Part shown: in pieces, positions 1 to 15,083 of the stretch
Layout: each line of letters opens with the position of its first letter
Numbering within the stretch: position 1 is the stretch's first letter
Origin: Styela clava
Taxonomy: Eukaryota
Direction of reading: 5' to 3'
Assembly (NCBI RefSeq): GCF_964204865.1
Contig: NC_135253.1
Span: 4,278,001 to 4,342,000, forward strand
DNA: 64,000 nucleotides
The notes under the pieces: model-generated
Seen by the model: the letters and a program-made list of their open reading frames with translations, nothing else
What the model was told of the DNA's origin: nothing
Database searches by the model: none
Position numbers and translations under genes: made by a program

Positions 1-3000
1 AATTGTAAATATGTATAGAGTTATACATAAAAGTAATATTTTTGTAATATTAAGTTAAAAAATTTCTGACAAATGCTATGATCCAAAATATAAACCACAG
101 TGGCCAAGGCGCCTTTGGAGTTTGGAGAGTGCAGTTGCAGTTATTAGGGTCTACCCGCTATCAAATTATAGAAACATAGTCGTCTTATCCGAAAAAGTAG
201 ACTGAAATGGCGGAATGACGTAACCTCATCTAATTTTGTAATATGACATGAAGATTTATTTTGTGTCTCATAGAAACCTTTAAAAACAAAAGCTTCGTTT
301 CTGATAACACAATCGTGGGAAAAATATAATCTTTTTATTGGAGAGATTGTAAAATCCCGTCTTATTCATTCTCACGGCCTCTCTTTGATGCTAAAATTAT
401 TCCCATCAATATATTGCAATCTGTTGGTTTAACTAAGCGACCACGCCGTGGACAGTGATGTCAACGTTCGAATCGATATTAATCGTGTTTTCTATACTGC
501 TTCCCTCTTTCCGTGATTGCTTTTGCAACACTTCTTCGATCTTCAGAATGAAATTTTAAAAAGTAGTAAAACTGTAAATTTGCTGAAATTTCTTAGTTTC
601 AAACTTTCAGTGAAAAACTTACATCATCTGTATAAATATTGAAAATCATGAGTGAACTGAAACCTAAAATTTAACGCAGAAATAAATTCTGATTTAGCTC
701 TATCTAATTTGCTAGAAAAGGGCATATGCTCCAAAATACCTGTTATATATTTTCATTTCTTTGACAATAACGGGTTAATCTGACAACAAACCAACAATGG
801 GTATTTTCCATTTAATTATTATCTGCCCTTCTCGACTTTATCACCTGGCAACTCCTTTGGCATAGTATTTTGTGTGTGGCAACGTGCATAAGTAGAGGTC
901 TGTGAGGGGGCATTTTATTTTACTCGAATCAAAAATAATATCTGCTAAATGGATTACCTGTTTTCATTCAATTTTTTATCTTGTTGTTTATTTATATATA
1001 AGTTGGCATAAACAAACTAAATTTGTACACTTGCTTGAATTCAGTCATAGAGTTAATAAAAAAATGTTTAGAATGTATGTAATATAAAAAGAATGATGGA
1101 ATATGATTTCTTGACGACCCCGAAGACAATAAGGCGTAACTCGTTTAATGCCGAACACTGCACAATCAGAGAACTTGTTTTTGTGGTGAAGCATTGAGCA
1201 AGACGGAATGCTCGGATAACGCAATCAAAGGAGGTGCAGTAAGTGCGGCGTGTATAACTAACTATCCGTTTGACAAATAACGTTGGTATGGGGACACAAA
1301 TCAAACTTAACTTTTTAAAATTGAACTTAAACCTGCCCGAAAAGTACGGTCGACATAAAATTCCGCACCAAGCACATATTCCCATGAACTCAAATTCATA
1401 CAAAACGTAAGACATGATCTTACATGCCATAATTAATATTTAGCAAAATATATCAGTATCTCTCACGAATTAACAAATTTTTGTATGTATTCAAATACAC
1501 ACACGGCAGATTGTATCAATCGGTGCCAATCTACAACTTATAAGAAGGGTTCAATGGAAAATCTATAATAATCAGAGTACTTCAATCGATTGCTCCACCT
1601 GATCGCAATTTACAGGCTTGTACAAATTATTATCTGCATGTGGACTGGGATTTTGCGACGATTTAAGCGTTCTCAGGAGACCCTAAATCGGTGCGCTACA
1701 TGGGTCATTTTGTGCTCGTAATAGTGTAAATTTGAGAATCGTCCCGAACGTCTGGGAGCAATAGAATGCCGTATGGTTTTAAAGTTGCCAGGAATGTTAC
1801 TATTCGAAATTTTCACATTAACCGTTATATAGATTGAAGTATAGTGTCATAAATCGGTTACAATTTACCAGTAATTTGTGGCCTTAAAATTTTCGACGGT
1901 CCGCATCAATAATTTAGGTTCTGTCATATGTTAGCGCTTTGTGTTCGAACGATATTTGAACGTCAACGAATGGATAGCCCTCTCAAAAAGAGCCTGAGTG
2001 CGTCTGTGACAATGAAGGTATTAGTCTTATATGAAAAGGATAAACGAAAGATATAAATTATCGTTGATAGAAGTTGCTAAGTTGTTGTTGGTAAGGGTTG
2101 ACATTGACAGTAATTTAACCTATGATATGGTAATAAATTTACGTTGTCCTTTTGTACCAATAATCGCTGGAATTCGACTAATGCTATATAAGATGTAGTG
2201 TTGCATCTTAATCGAATTTCAAGTCAGCGAATTATATTTGAGGGATGTTAATATAGTTGGAGAGAAGGCATTACTTTAGAGTCCAGACTGTAGTTACCCT
2301 GCTACGCAAATAATTACGTGCACCTATCAACAACGCCAGCTTAGAGACAAAAAGCATAAAGATATACTAATACTCCTTCTGTAGTTATTGAGTTATTAAA
2401 TTATAAAACTAACGATAGACAAGCCATATAGTCACTGGCTTCATCTGCAAAGCAATAAAAACCAGCTTATGGTAAAAACGCGAGTACAGTTGGACAATTA
2501 ATTTCATCTGTTAAAAGGGTGCTTTATGAATAAGAATTAAAAAGTCTTATTTGAAAAAAAAATTTACTCTCTGTAAAAATTCAGGATTTTTCGTATAAAG
2601 GTAACATTTTGATCCGTAACTCTATCCATAGTAATAACCTGATTATCGGATAGTTTACGCGGCTCAACACATTCATGCAACCTTTCACAGAATAAATAAT
2701 GCACGAACAAATTCAACAGAAACCGATTGATTGTGAAGCTGTCATCAAATTTTTATTTGTTCGGTGGTGAAGAGCATTTGATGAACTTTTTAAGAACAAA
2801 GCCAGTATATGCCCTCTATGAAAACTATTTGTAAATATTCCTAATTTGAGAGTGTTATCCTTTTTATACCTTTTCTACCACGTTTGACTCACGTGGTAGG
2901 TTGGTCACAATTATAGTGTGTGTTAATAGCAACTTGAACGTTTATAGTCTCATCTACTGTGACAATTTTGAAACATGAATTGCATTTGCAAGGCATTCGG

Positions 3001-4308
3001 CATATTTAACTAAGTTATGAAAACTCTCGGGTCTGGGAAGCCTTGAGGCTTGGTCATTAGAGATAGTACAAAATTTCCTATTTTTCGTGCATAATTTTTG
3101 ACTACTTGCCAGAAGCACTTCCATGCTACGGAGTAATGTCACCTATAGAAAGTGTGTGTACTGCATGATTTTATACAACTTTGCTTATTATTACATTCAA
3201 TTACGCTTTTGTTATCAAAATAAATTGCATCTGTACTTGATTTGCGCATATATCATAGTTTTCAGAATTTCAGAGTGCAATTGTGCTGTTGCTATATGAC
3301 TTATCTGTCAAAACTTTAAGACGAAATTCCCGTCTAGAAACATGAACGCTTGTACCGTGCGTTCCTCATTCCCATATATTTTCTGTTAGTAAATTAGTTA
3401 AGTTAAATAATATTTGCATTCAGTAGAGAAGATTACACACATATATATATATAAATATTAATATTCTCATCTGCCATTTTGAATTTCAATTAGCTTGTTA
3501 GACGCCGAACCATGGATTGAATTTCATCATTATTTTTGTTAATATGTCTATTATCATTCTATTCCATACTCTTACTGATATATTATTCAAATTGGAACAA
3601 CTTATGGGTTAAAATTGTAAATTAGTAATAGAATTCTGAGTATGTACAAAAATAGAAACAAAATGAATAATGAGCTAGAATACATAATTAATATTATTCG
3701 ACAGAAAAAATTGAGTTCCATTTTTCAATAAACTATTCAGATTTTTGTTTCAGTTATTAGAAGTCGAGACGCTTATAGTAAATAAATATAAAAAGAGTAA
3801 ACATAATATTAAACTTTTTGTTCACGGAACATTATTCGTTTTACAACCATTTTCCAAAATGAATTCTCGCGTTTATACCTGTATTTATTGTTACAACATG
3901 GCAATGAATTGATTGATACAATCCAGCAATCATCTTGTTTATTTTCTAGATTGCCAATCTCCGTCACCTCTATGCATAATGCATTATTTAGCGACTGACC
4001 TAGGTATAGACAACAAAAGATAATACGACAAAAATTGAACTGATAAAAAGAGAGTGAAAACTTGCTTTACAAAAAAATGTATAAAAATGGCAAATTTGCC
4101 TGTTATCTATATAAAATAAACAGTGAATTTTCATATGATAACGATTTCCATCATCGATATAAAAACTATTTCCAAAATGTTACAAAATAATAAACCTAAC
4201 ATCAAATGAAAGGAATACAATTGATTATTCATTCATTTTTGGTTTGCAGTTATAATTAGCCTATTAGCTTATTTTATATAACTACGGACAATTTCACTGT
4301 AAACTGAA

Positions 4309-7300
4309 ATGTCTTGGCATTTCGTTGAAAGATGGCTCCAAAAGGTCAACCAGCATTCCACACTCATAGGCAAATTTTGGATCACTTTTCTGATCGTATT
4401 CAGGATAGTCGTGGTTTCAAGCATCGGTGACAGGGTATATTCAGATGAACAGTCTGAATTCAAATGTAATACTATGCAGGTAAGACAATCGGATGTAATT
4501 CAATATAGAATAGAGTAATATTTCAAATTTTGGAAAACTATAAAATTTTAAGCAGTTGCAATGTTGTAGTTTTACGATGTATCACTTTTGAAATATCATA
4601 TTTTAACCTTGTAATATATGGAGTACATTTACCGAAAACCGGCGCGGCAAAAAGACATTTTGTTGGATTTAAAAAAAACAAAAAAAACATTATGACTGCG
4701 ATTCATCGTTATTTCCGCCATTTTGTTTATTTGTCAACGACAAAGATTTGTCTGGACAGATTTAATTTGTAAGAAATTGGTACGAAAAACCGAATAGTAA
4801 ATTGAATTCTAGATTGATGAATTACATTTTCAGATAAGAATCTATATTTTAAGAAGCATTTATAAGCAGCAAGCAAAATATTCGTGTAATTATTTGGGTA
4901 TCAGTTGTGCCTCGAATGGATTGCCAACTGAACAATGTTAATGACAATAATTTTATTCTAACCTATACTCTTTCAGGTCGGGTGTCCTAATATTTGCTTC
5001 AATAAATTTTCTCCAATATCACACATTCGCTTTTGGAGCTTCCAAATTATAATGGTAACCACGCCTTCTATCGTTTTCATGGTTTACTCTGCGCACAAAA
5101 TAAAAAAGAAAACCGCAAAAGAAAAAACTTCGAGCAACAACTCTCCAGTATCTCCGGTAGGTTCATTTATTCTTTATTAAGTACTCCTGAAGTATGCGCA
5201 CCAAGATGTCGCACAACTTGAACCCTAACCTGGTACACAACCTGAGTTCAAGTTGTGCGCCATCTTGGTGCGCATACTTCAGTAGGTCCCTTTATTAAGT
5301 TTACCTCACTGTTTGTTTTTCATATATTTTGTGATATTTAATTATGGTATTATCATTCGACTCGGTGAACGAAATTCAGTAGCATGGTCGTTTGAACGCG
5401 AAAGCCTATTTTAAAATATTTTCCATATTAATGCAAAGGTACGCTAGTTCCGAATCACTAATAAAAAAACGTAATGAAACACTGTATATATCTAATGTCC
5501 TCGCCATAACCGCCAGTGGTTAATAAAACAAAATTCAAATATTGGAACCTGATTGGTATTGCCAATTTCTATTGTCTAAATTAAAATTTACAACTTATCT
5601 TACATCAATCGGTATAATTACAAAGTATAGTTAGTGAGTGTCACAGGACAAAGATTTGAAGAGCCGCAAGGCATTTGTCATTGCCAATCTGTAATCAAAT
5701 GAAATGCGTTAGGGGAAATCGAGCTGTCGATGTTATTACCTCCTACTGGACAAACATTTTTTGATGCTTTGGTCGTGCTAAAAGGGGTTGCACAACTTGA
5801 ATCGTAAAAGAATATAAATTTTTCGAAGGATGATTTTTCCTCAAGTAACTTCAGGAATATTTCATTTGGACTTGGCCTGAGTTCTTTCAGCAAATTGGCT
5901 CGACCCAAACTCGGGAGTTTATGACCTGATCCCAAATTGGGTTAAATAGAGTTTGTACCACACGACGATCTTCGCCTTATTCCAAAATCTATTTCCGAGC
6001 CACCATATAGCCAAATAACATAAACAGGGGCAGCATGCGTCTAACCAAACTGACTTGGGTGTTTGGGGAAATCAGAGCATCAGTATTCACCATTCTAGCG
6101 ATATAAATTTGTTATCGGCATCCGATGATTCAGTTTCTCACGTTACTGGATCAAGGTTCGCTTATCTCAACTATGATTCATTTAAAATCTTGTTATGCAG
6201 GATGCAACCATTCTGGCACAAATTTAGTAACCCATATGTCTGGCATTTGTTTTCAACTGTGTCATTCAATATGAAAATATGAATCGATGAGATATCATAT
6301 TGCGGATCTCCAAATGATTTCCTGCAAGCTATTATACCAGCTATACCGTCGCGTGGTATTTGTGTCTTTATTTCGCAAACCAACATATTTTACTACCCGC
6401 ATTCATATTTAATCCCGAATACTAATCTGTCGATATGCAAAACCACAAGGTAGAATGTAAAGTTTGGAAAAGCAAGACTCGGTGAAGTAGTGCTGATGTT
6501 TTGAAGACATTTTGGATATATTTGCTCATCATGTAAACGCAGATTAAGATTACATCATGTTAAATTTTATTTCAAATTTAAATAAAAACTGTCCGGGATT
6601 ATTTTAACAATAGATTTCTCGTCGATGTGTCCAAAAAGCTATAAAGTTTTGCCCACCCGCAATAAATATTGGACTATGTAGTCAAAATTACATGAATATT
6701 TGATGACGGGGCGTACCAGAGTACGTTTCCAGGTTCAATTCAATAAGCCTTTTGTGATGTTGTAATTCCCGTCTCAGGTAGTGGAATTGTTCCCGTCATT
6801 CTTATCTATCGATTAACGCGAACTCGACTGAAAAGTGTTGTTTCCACTATGGCGATACTAGGTTACAGGTAGATATAAGCAAAAACTAACATGCTGAGCT
6901 TGAACTTCTGTTTTTAAACAATCTATTGAATGTTGTGCATCTTTTCTTTTACATCAAATGTGTTTACTTGTCATAGAAACGCTGAATTTCCTTTCATTTG
7001 AATATTATCTAATACCGAGGTGTTGGTCTGATACATGGTCCAGATTTGATGAAATGTGTCGTTGACACCGATACATTATAAGAAGGTGATACGTTTTAAT
7101 GTAAATTAGGCTTTTGTTCACTGACACTCTACATTTAATTGAATAATCATTGGAATTGATGCATTTCAATGCCTCTAATTAGAGAAAATATAATAGTTGG
7201 GTTCATATTTATTCCAGTTATGAGAATGTAGGTATAAGCCCTAATCATATAGCGAACCACGTCTCTTGTTCGGTTGCCGACTCTACGATTATGGGAATGC

Positions 7301-10300
7301 ACGCAATTTACATGTATTATATACAATATGCGTGATGGGAAATTCAAGCAATTCTATTTATGTTATTTTATTTCTCCATTGTTCAACCGTAACACGTTTT
7401 TATCAATAGAATACACCAATCTAAAATTATCAAATTGCGGTTGAATTCGTAACCCATAAAGAAGCAGAAGAAGTGAGCACAGACATAATATCCTAAAAAT
7501 TATAGTTCTATTTTAAAAATTATATATTTAGATCAGCTGAAATGTTATTTTTAGATTAATATTACAGTTGTCATTCTGTGTTGTCAAAACTGTGGATTAA
7601 TGTACAAAAGAGTTAAACATGAGATTAAAAACTACATCCGAGCCAATTACAATGTTAATACCAAGGCAACCTTCATTAATAAAAGTTACTATGGAGACAG
7701 CCAATTTGATTCTTTATAAATAGTTAGCGTGGGAAACATCCAACTATACAATAAGATTGGAATTTGACCTTTTCTATTGTGTGTGCGTCTCAAGTGATAT
7801 AAAAAGGTTAAAAAAACTAGAAAATAACATTCATGAAAAACTGAAAGTATATATACTGAATCTATCTAAAATAGAAAAAATAAGCTCCTTACAAAATGTC
7901 TAAAATAGATATACGCTTAGGATACATAGGATATCTCATGTTTTGCATACACCGAACATAGGATAGTTATCTTCAGAAAATTCAAGTCGTGTCCGGTTGT
8001 TAAATACAATGTGTTAAAACATGTTTTATATTTTATAATTCAAAGATGTAATTACATATGAGGATATACTTGATAAAATTATGTCGCGACCAATGTACGC
8101 ATACAGCCCAATAGAATTGGTTGATTTTGCGCAGTCTAGAAAATTATATTACGCGATAATTTACGCACAAACGAGCACAACCATTAACAGATGCCGCATG
8201 ACGAGTAGTTGAAAGCATTTATGGTTTGAATATAATGGGTATTTGTCATATTATGGCACATATGCCTCACTTACAACAACTGTAAAGAATGGTGGTTATT
8301 TTTTTACCCGACCCAGGCACAACAATGACTATTTGTGGGTTGAATTACGTTCCCCTGCATGCTCAAAATATCGAGGGGGCGAATATGTACGATGCTATAC
8401 CATCCCACGCAACAAGTGACACCATAATGCCTTTTATAGGGATGTGTGTGTCCGTATCAGTAAATTTTCAAGAGAGTGACTGATAATGATGTATCTATCT
8501 ATTGCTGAATAATTATTTCTATATATACTTTTCATTTAGACCCTTTCAAATACACCGCTCTGAGGGCCATAGCCTGAGGCATTCATAATTCCGTGCCTGT
8601 ATGGAATAAAATTTAGATCCAAATCGAAATACTTATCACGCTACTAATATGGCGCGGAGATTTGCTAAACTAACACAGCAAATTGACACTTCTGAAATCA
8701 TACCAGCGCGGCGCAGAGAAGAATTTGCCAAACCCTGACATGCACGAATTTCAAGCGATTACTGGTCCAAAAAGAGCGATTAGGGTGGGCAGACACATGG
8801 GACTCTCATATTAATCTATTTCGCTTGCGTAAACATTAGATGAAGCGCACTTTTTGATTTTGAATTATCCCATGCACGTTTGTCGTGTATTTTATCGTAA
8901 AACGTTTACATCGTGTAAATTCTCGTGTAAAATATAACGTAGGGATATTGGTCATGCCGTCAGAAATGCGATGTCAAAATTAGCGCACAATGTGTCGGAA
9001 AAATCGATATAAAATTCCAAAAACTTACCATTAAATTGTTTCGGCGAACCGTCAGGACGTTTAGGAAACGCTTTTATATCGATTGGCGGTCGACTTTAAT
9101 CTGGAGGGACAGATTAAACACGACTTGCAACATTTGGAGTGATGTTTTCTGTCTCAACTAATGACGATATAAAATGGGATTTAATCAAAAAACGGGTATG
9201 ACATGCGCGCTTCGATTTGTTGTAAGGTGGCTAAAATGAGTCAAGATCGGACATGGGCAAAGTACGGCCCGCGGGCCAAATCCGGCCCGTTGGGTGATTC
9301 AATCTGGCCCGTCTGGTGCTGCCACGACCAAGCTGACACCAAATTTTGATGTTTTAGCTGAAAATAGCTCAAAGAATTTGTTGAGATCGCGATTAAATTC
9401 AGTTTTCGCACGAGGTCTATTGTTTTCCACGATTGCTTTTGTAACACTGTAAATATTGTTCATAAAATGAAACTTTTTACAACACACTCACATGGCTCGC
9501 CAGTCTAGGTGTGCAAAATTTTTGGCCCCTGGTTCAAAAACTTCTAGATGAAGAATACACGATTTTGGTGATTCGTTGCTTCGTCACATATTCTTATGTG
9601 GTTTCCAACCTTTTTTTCAAACGATTAAATTTTTTTGAAAAGTAAACTTTGTTAAGTCTCGCGACCCAAGACGATGCTCTAATAGGAAACGAAACGAAGA
9701 TCTTTTATGGTCGCAAAATTAAATAACGAATATATATATAAAACAATCATTGTACAGTTATTTCCCCAAGAATCACTCCAAAGAGAAAAGGCTGAGCTTG
9801 ATTGGTGGCATCAGTTTAGTTGTGCGCCCTCTTGGTGCACATACTTTTGGAGCTGATGCCGGCCCGAACTCCATCTGGTTTATGTGTGTAAATTGACGGT
9901 CTCAGACGCAGAATTGAATATTTTTGAATATGAAATGAAAGTTTGAATATATGATTCGAATGACGAATCAAAGTGTCGGCCCTATTTGTGACTTTACTCC
10001 ATTTACTGGCAAAACACGCACTGGGCCTAATACAAAAAAAATATTGGAAACAAAAGCTAATAAGGGTGAATCCAGGTCACAGAGATACATTATTCCACGT
10101 TATGCAAACTGAATCTCGTGGGAGATAAATCATTATAAGAATTTTGTACTGTAATTACAAGTAATTAAAATCCTTATTTTGTAATGTAAAACACGTTCAG
10201 CATACAGATTAGTTTGGATTTACTTTTTATTATTCGCAATTTGCATTGTAAGAGTAAAAGTAATCTCAAGTGTCTCGAGTACCAAATTACTTATTGATTA

Positions 10301-13300
10301 TCTCACATAGGCATTCGAATTTTTAATTGCTCGAGATAATGTAAATCCGACAAAATATACATTTCGTCGATTTTGCCACGATGTTCCAGGACAAAAATGA
10401 AAACTAATTTAGAATCAGCGACCTAGCTCCAAGTAAATATCAATTATTTGCTTTTATCAATCAATTATTTGCAATTATTACTTCTGGTAAACACATTTTT
10501 GCACCAAATCGGGTAATCAGACTTGTGGACTTGAAGGTTGGGCCGTGATGAATACCTAAAGGGCCTGCGGCAAAAGAAATATCACGTCGACAAAGTAGTC
10601 GTAGTCATCATTATCAGTTCTTCAGTGAGAAACTTTGACGCTACATAATAAAAATATTCAAGTAAAATTCAAATATTGAAAAAGTGAATATATTACAAAA
10701 ATTTTCAAAAGTGTATAAAAGTATACTTTGATTTTCATAGCATAATAGCGTGAGAGTAATCATTTATGCATTGCAAAGTCGAAATGAGAAGCATTTTGAG
10801 CTCGGTAAAGCCAAAATAATTAACCCAGCAGATTAATGCACTTCTGAGTGCTAAAACCCTTATTGTCTATATTGCAGTAAAGATGAAAATTAGTGTAGAC
10901 GTCAAAATTGTGTTTTGCTGACAAAGTTTCCATACAACTTTCATTCAAAATTCAGATGTTATTTCCCCAAAATATAAACAAGGATTTTAGAATATTAAAT
11001 AAAATTCAAAGATAAAACCACCTGCCGCCTAAAAATCCATAGATCGTGATCTATGTTCTCAAGAAGTAAATTAAAAACGCGTATCTATTTCTGTCTCAAA
11101 TACAAATATATTACGCGTTTAAAATTTTCAAAACGAATGACGTTTTTCCCATCCTTGTGTTTCTCACCAAATATGTTGGTATATAGTCAAGCATCGCACA
11201 ATCGCAAGTGGCATGGTATCATTTTTTCAGGACTGCGGGTAATTTATGATCGACTCCTAACTTCAGGTTGAAATTTTTTTATTGACTTCGACTCTCAATA
11301 ATAAAAATTTTGACTGCGACCCCTGCTTCGAAAAATCCGTATCGTTGTTGCATTATAACCTTACAAAAACTAGCATGCTAAGTTACTAAATTCGCTTCTA
11401 ACAAGATTCAGGAAATTGTCGACATATGATAGGGATATTGTAAAGAATGGAATAGTATATCTGTTTTACATAGTCTGTAAAAATTCTTACTGTCTGGGTG
11501 AGGGGATGAATATGAGATGTGAACACGTGACCTGCGACACAAACACATTTGAATCCTATCAATGATGTTGACAGATGTGTCCTTATTGATGGGTTAAGTG
11601 TATGACGATCAGGAAAAACTATTAGAGAGATTAACTAATCTCTTAAAAGGTAAATCTCTTACGAAGTGATCCTTTTAATTTAGATAGATTAACATTATCC
11701 AACCAGGATTATATACCTGATCTTATTCCAATATCCTGCTATATCTGAACTCTTTTGAGTTATGTTTAGCCAAACGCGTTATTCACAATACGCCATAATA
11801 AACTTAGTTCACATTGTAAAATCTACCCTACAATTGAAGTTGTCGATAATTCCTGGGACTATGAGTTTTGAAAAGTAACAATTCATCGTAAAAATATTTA
11901 CTATTAGTTAGGTGTAGGGATGGACATAGGCTCGCAGTTGGCATTGAAATGACCTCTCCCGTGGAGCGCATATTGGGCTTCCATGTAGACAAGTTTGCTT
12001 TCTAGGGCAACTCACAAGAAGTGTATTGTGTAAAACTTTGTTCAGGTAATGTTATCAAATGCACCAAGCCTAAATAAAGAATGGCCGTAGATGTGTCAAG
12101 AGCTAGATGAGGTTTTGTTATAAAAATTCTGAATACGTACATATTGAACAGTTTTTAAATTGTTGTTGCTGTTGTTTTGGGGTGATCATTGTTGTTGGTT
12201 TAATGCATGAAAATTCCCAATTGCGCGTTTGCACATTCTACCCAATCTGCAGATAATAATAGAAGCGGAACTTAGGGTTTGAACTTCTGCCAAAAGACAA
12301 GTCACCGCGACCACTTATTTAATTAGTCGAGATATGTATTACCTTCTTCTTCTTAAACGAGTTCAAATCGACCGATATAATTTCACCGTCACGACTAAAG
12401 TTTCATATCGATTTCAGTGTCGATACGGAAGATCTCAACATCTTTATACTTTTCTTCATCTTTCCTAAACGAGGATTTGGAACGATTAAGAAATCTGATT
12501 AAAGTCGAGTATAGAGAATACCCTATACTGCAATCTATTGAGATGCATACCAAGCAAGCCTCATACTTGAAAGTGCCAAGATTCCAGACATTTTCATGTT
12601 TGAATATACTTTATCCTCTCCTCAATCGATAGAATAAACAACGATATCGACCACGAGACCGCTTTGCCTAATGAGCAACGGCTTTAGCTTTTTGTCGATA
12701 TTGAGAAACTTTTTATAATCGATCGACGTAATTTTTTTAAATTACAATTTGAATGTGCAGTCCTATTGTGACTTGTGCGTTTTGTATTCACAGTGTCTAA
12801 TTTAAAATGTGAAATTTCTAGGAACACTCACACTTTGAGTTGTTTCGACTCAATTATCTTTTAAACAGTGGTATAAAAAATCAAAAGTAATACTATTTTA
12901 CGTTGAAATGGCATTACTCAGGCACAATACAATCATACATTAACTACCTATTTCCACTTCAGGAGAAAACGCAAAAACCAGAATTGGCGCTCGCAGCTAC
13001 ACAATGGAAAAACTGCCCAAGCGATGAAGATAATAACAAAAAGAAGAACAGAAGAAGAAAGTAAGCATTCTATATGTTCATGCTATTTTAGAAACACGAC
13101 AAAACCTTTTAAAAGTTTGTTATTCGTAAAAATATAAATATAAGTAAAATGGGAACTATAATGCTACCTTAAATTACATCTGAAGACTTTATTTATTAAA
13201 ATAAAACACATATATACTGTAAAACATATTCTACAATTTACTTGTAAATTAATATATGTTTGTGCACACTCGACGATTTATGATACATATATATTCATTT

Positions 13301-15083
13301 ACATCTTTTATTTGTTGACTTCCACTTCATTCATTCAAAAATACAGATCACAGTTTAATGAAGCAGGACTAAGCGCAGTAGAACAACCTTCAGTATCTCG
13401 AAGAGCAAAGAAAAAAGAAATGACAGAGGAAGAAAAAACTGGATTTTCGCAGCATTATGCTTTGTATACAACATCGGTTCTTTTGAGGACGTTTGTTGAA
13501 GTTTTCTTCATTTTATTACAGGTATATAAATATTGTATACAGCCTTCAATTTGTAAATAATTATCACTCACGTTACTCGATGATTCACTACTACATTGCA
13601 ATGTGACGTAGGCCTACTGCCAGAGTTAGCTGACATCATAATAATTAAAATAGCAGTACCCCCACAGCACTCATATCTTCGAAGTATATGTGAGTATGGT
13701 AGCCTAAAGGCTAGCTCATTGACCATGCGAAGAGCGTTTGTCTGTCACATTATTAACATTCCTTGAAATGTAAAAATATAGCTATACAAAGCTGACGAAT
13801 ACACTCTCACTGTTTACTATTATGTGAATTATATCAAAGTATATGAAAGCTTTACTTTACACTTTTAGTACAAACTGTTCGGCTTCCAAATTCCCGAGCT
13901 TTATAGATGTAGTGGATTTCCTTGTCCAAACGACGTCGACTGTTTTGTGTCAAGGCCGATGGAAAAGACGATTTTTTTATGGTTTATGTTCATAATTGCC
14001 ATCATCAGTTTCACCTTGAACGTAGCCGAAATATATTATCTTTTTTGGCAGGTAAGATTCTACAATACATTTCGTTTCACATGATAATTTTCCTCTGAAT
14101 AAAATAATTTCTCTCAAGATTTTCCTTTGAATATGACCTATTTTATTAGGTAATATACAATTTTAAAAATCTTATTGTAACGAATGGTTAATTGCTGAAA
14201 CTTATGGGCCGCTTCCAATAAAAATTGGTATGTAACAGTAGTCTGTAGAAACAAGACTTCTCGTCAAGATTGCACACAGAGATCGCATCGAGAAAACAAT
14301 AAAAGATGTGCTCTGTCGAAATGCATAGATAATAAAAGATAATCAAAAATATATATACAATGTTAGGCGTCCCGTTTGTGTTCGCCATTTATTTAGGGTT
14401 GATTTATCTTCTTACGCGAGCGAGACCCCGGTGACGAGAAGGTTTCATTTTGATATTTGTTTTTGAGGTATGCATCCCGAAGCTTTTCGATATGAAAGAT
14501 TTATCTCTCGTATAGTGATCGTTATACCAACAGTACTTCAAGTTTACATTAAAATTCTTTAGTGATATGCACGTTTGACTCCGGATTTCAGAACCTAATT
14601 GAAAATTCAAAATAGAATGACTAATGTAATGTTATGTTTTAGTACGGACTACGAAAAACAAGGCAACAAAAGCAACGTAGAAAGTTGAAGGTTTCAATGA
14701 TAGACCAAATGCATGATATTACGATACATGATGCCGAAATTGTGGATGGTGGAATCGTTGCACCTCGCACTGCACCACCTGATTATCGAGGTTTAACTGA
14801 TGAAGATTACGAACACGGTGACATCATTAGAGAAATCGAGTTTGTTCGCGAACAACCACCAATGGCTATGAGCGTTAGCTTGGACGATGCCATGATCACG
14901 GAGCACTTGCAAACTGCAATACCAAATACAAAACTCGTGGCGGCAACCGCCCCTTCACGGTACCGAGTACCCGAAATAGTCACTTCCGTAACTTCAATAG
15001 ACCAACCATATGCTAATTTGAAACCCGATAAGAAAGTTGGTAGAACTGGAAAGAAGGGTAACGATTATTATGATTATGTATGA
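4309..15083 (+). CDS. Connexin (gap junction protein), 6 coding exons, ~415 aa
   Basis: Exons 4309-4479, 4977-5156, 12963-13060, 13347-13521, 13869-14051, 14643-15083, all GT-AG and frame-compatible. Translation has the connexin N-terminus ([24 protein letters not shown]), EL1 cysteines ([27 protein letters not shown]), EL2 cysteines ([25 protein letters not shown]) and four TM segments. Confidence 0.95.
5181..5289. mobile_element. Foldback MITE with 9-bp TSD (Mutator-type)
   Basis: ~40-bp inverted arms CTGAAGTATGCGCACCAAGATG(T/G)CGCACAACTTGAAC around a spacer containing AACCCTAACC. Direct repeat CTTTATTAA at 5172-5180 and 5290-5298. A partial related copy lies at ~9815-9850. Confidence 0.75.
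9248..9545. mobile_element. hAT (Charlie/Buster-type) non-autonomous element, degenerate
   Basis: Left end CGGACATGGGCAAAGTACGGCCCGCGGGCCAAATCCGGCCCG with clustered GGCCC subterminal motifs; right side TTTTTGGCCCC. Ends are approximate. Confidence 0.6.

Noticed and set aside
1068-1430. 120-aa minus-strand ORF
   Set aside because: No recognisable motif or supporting splice structure; consistent with a chance ORF.
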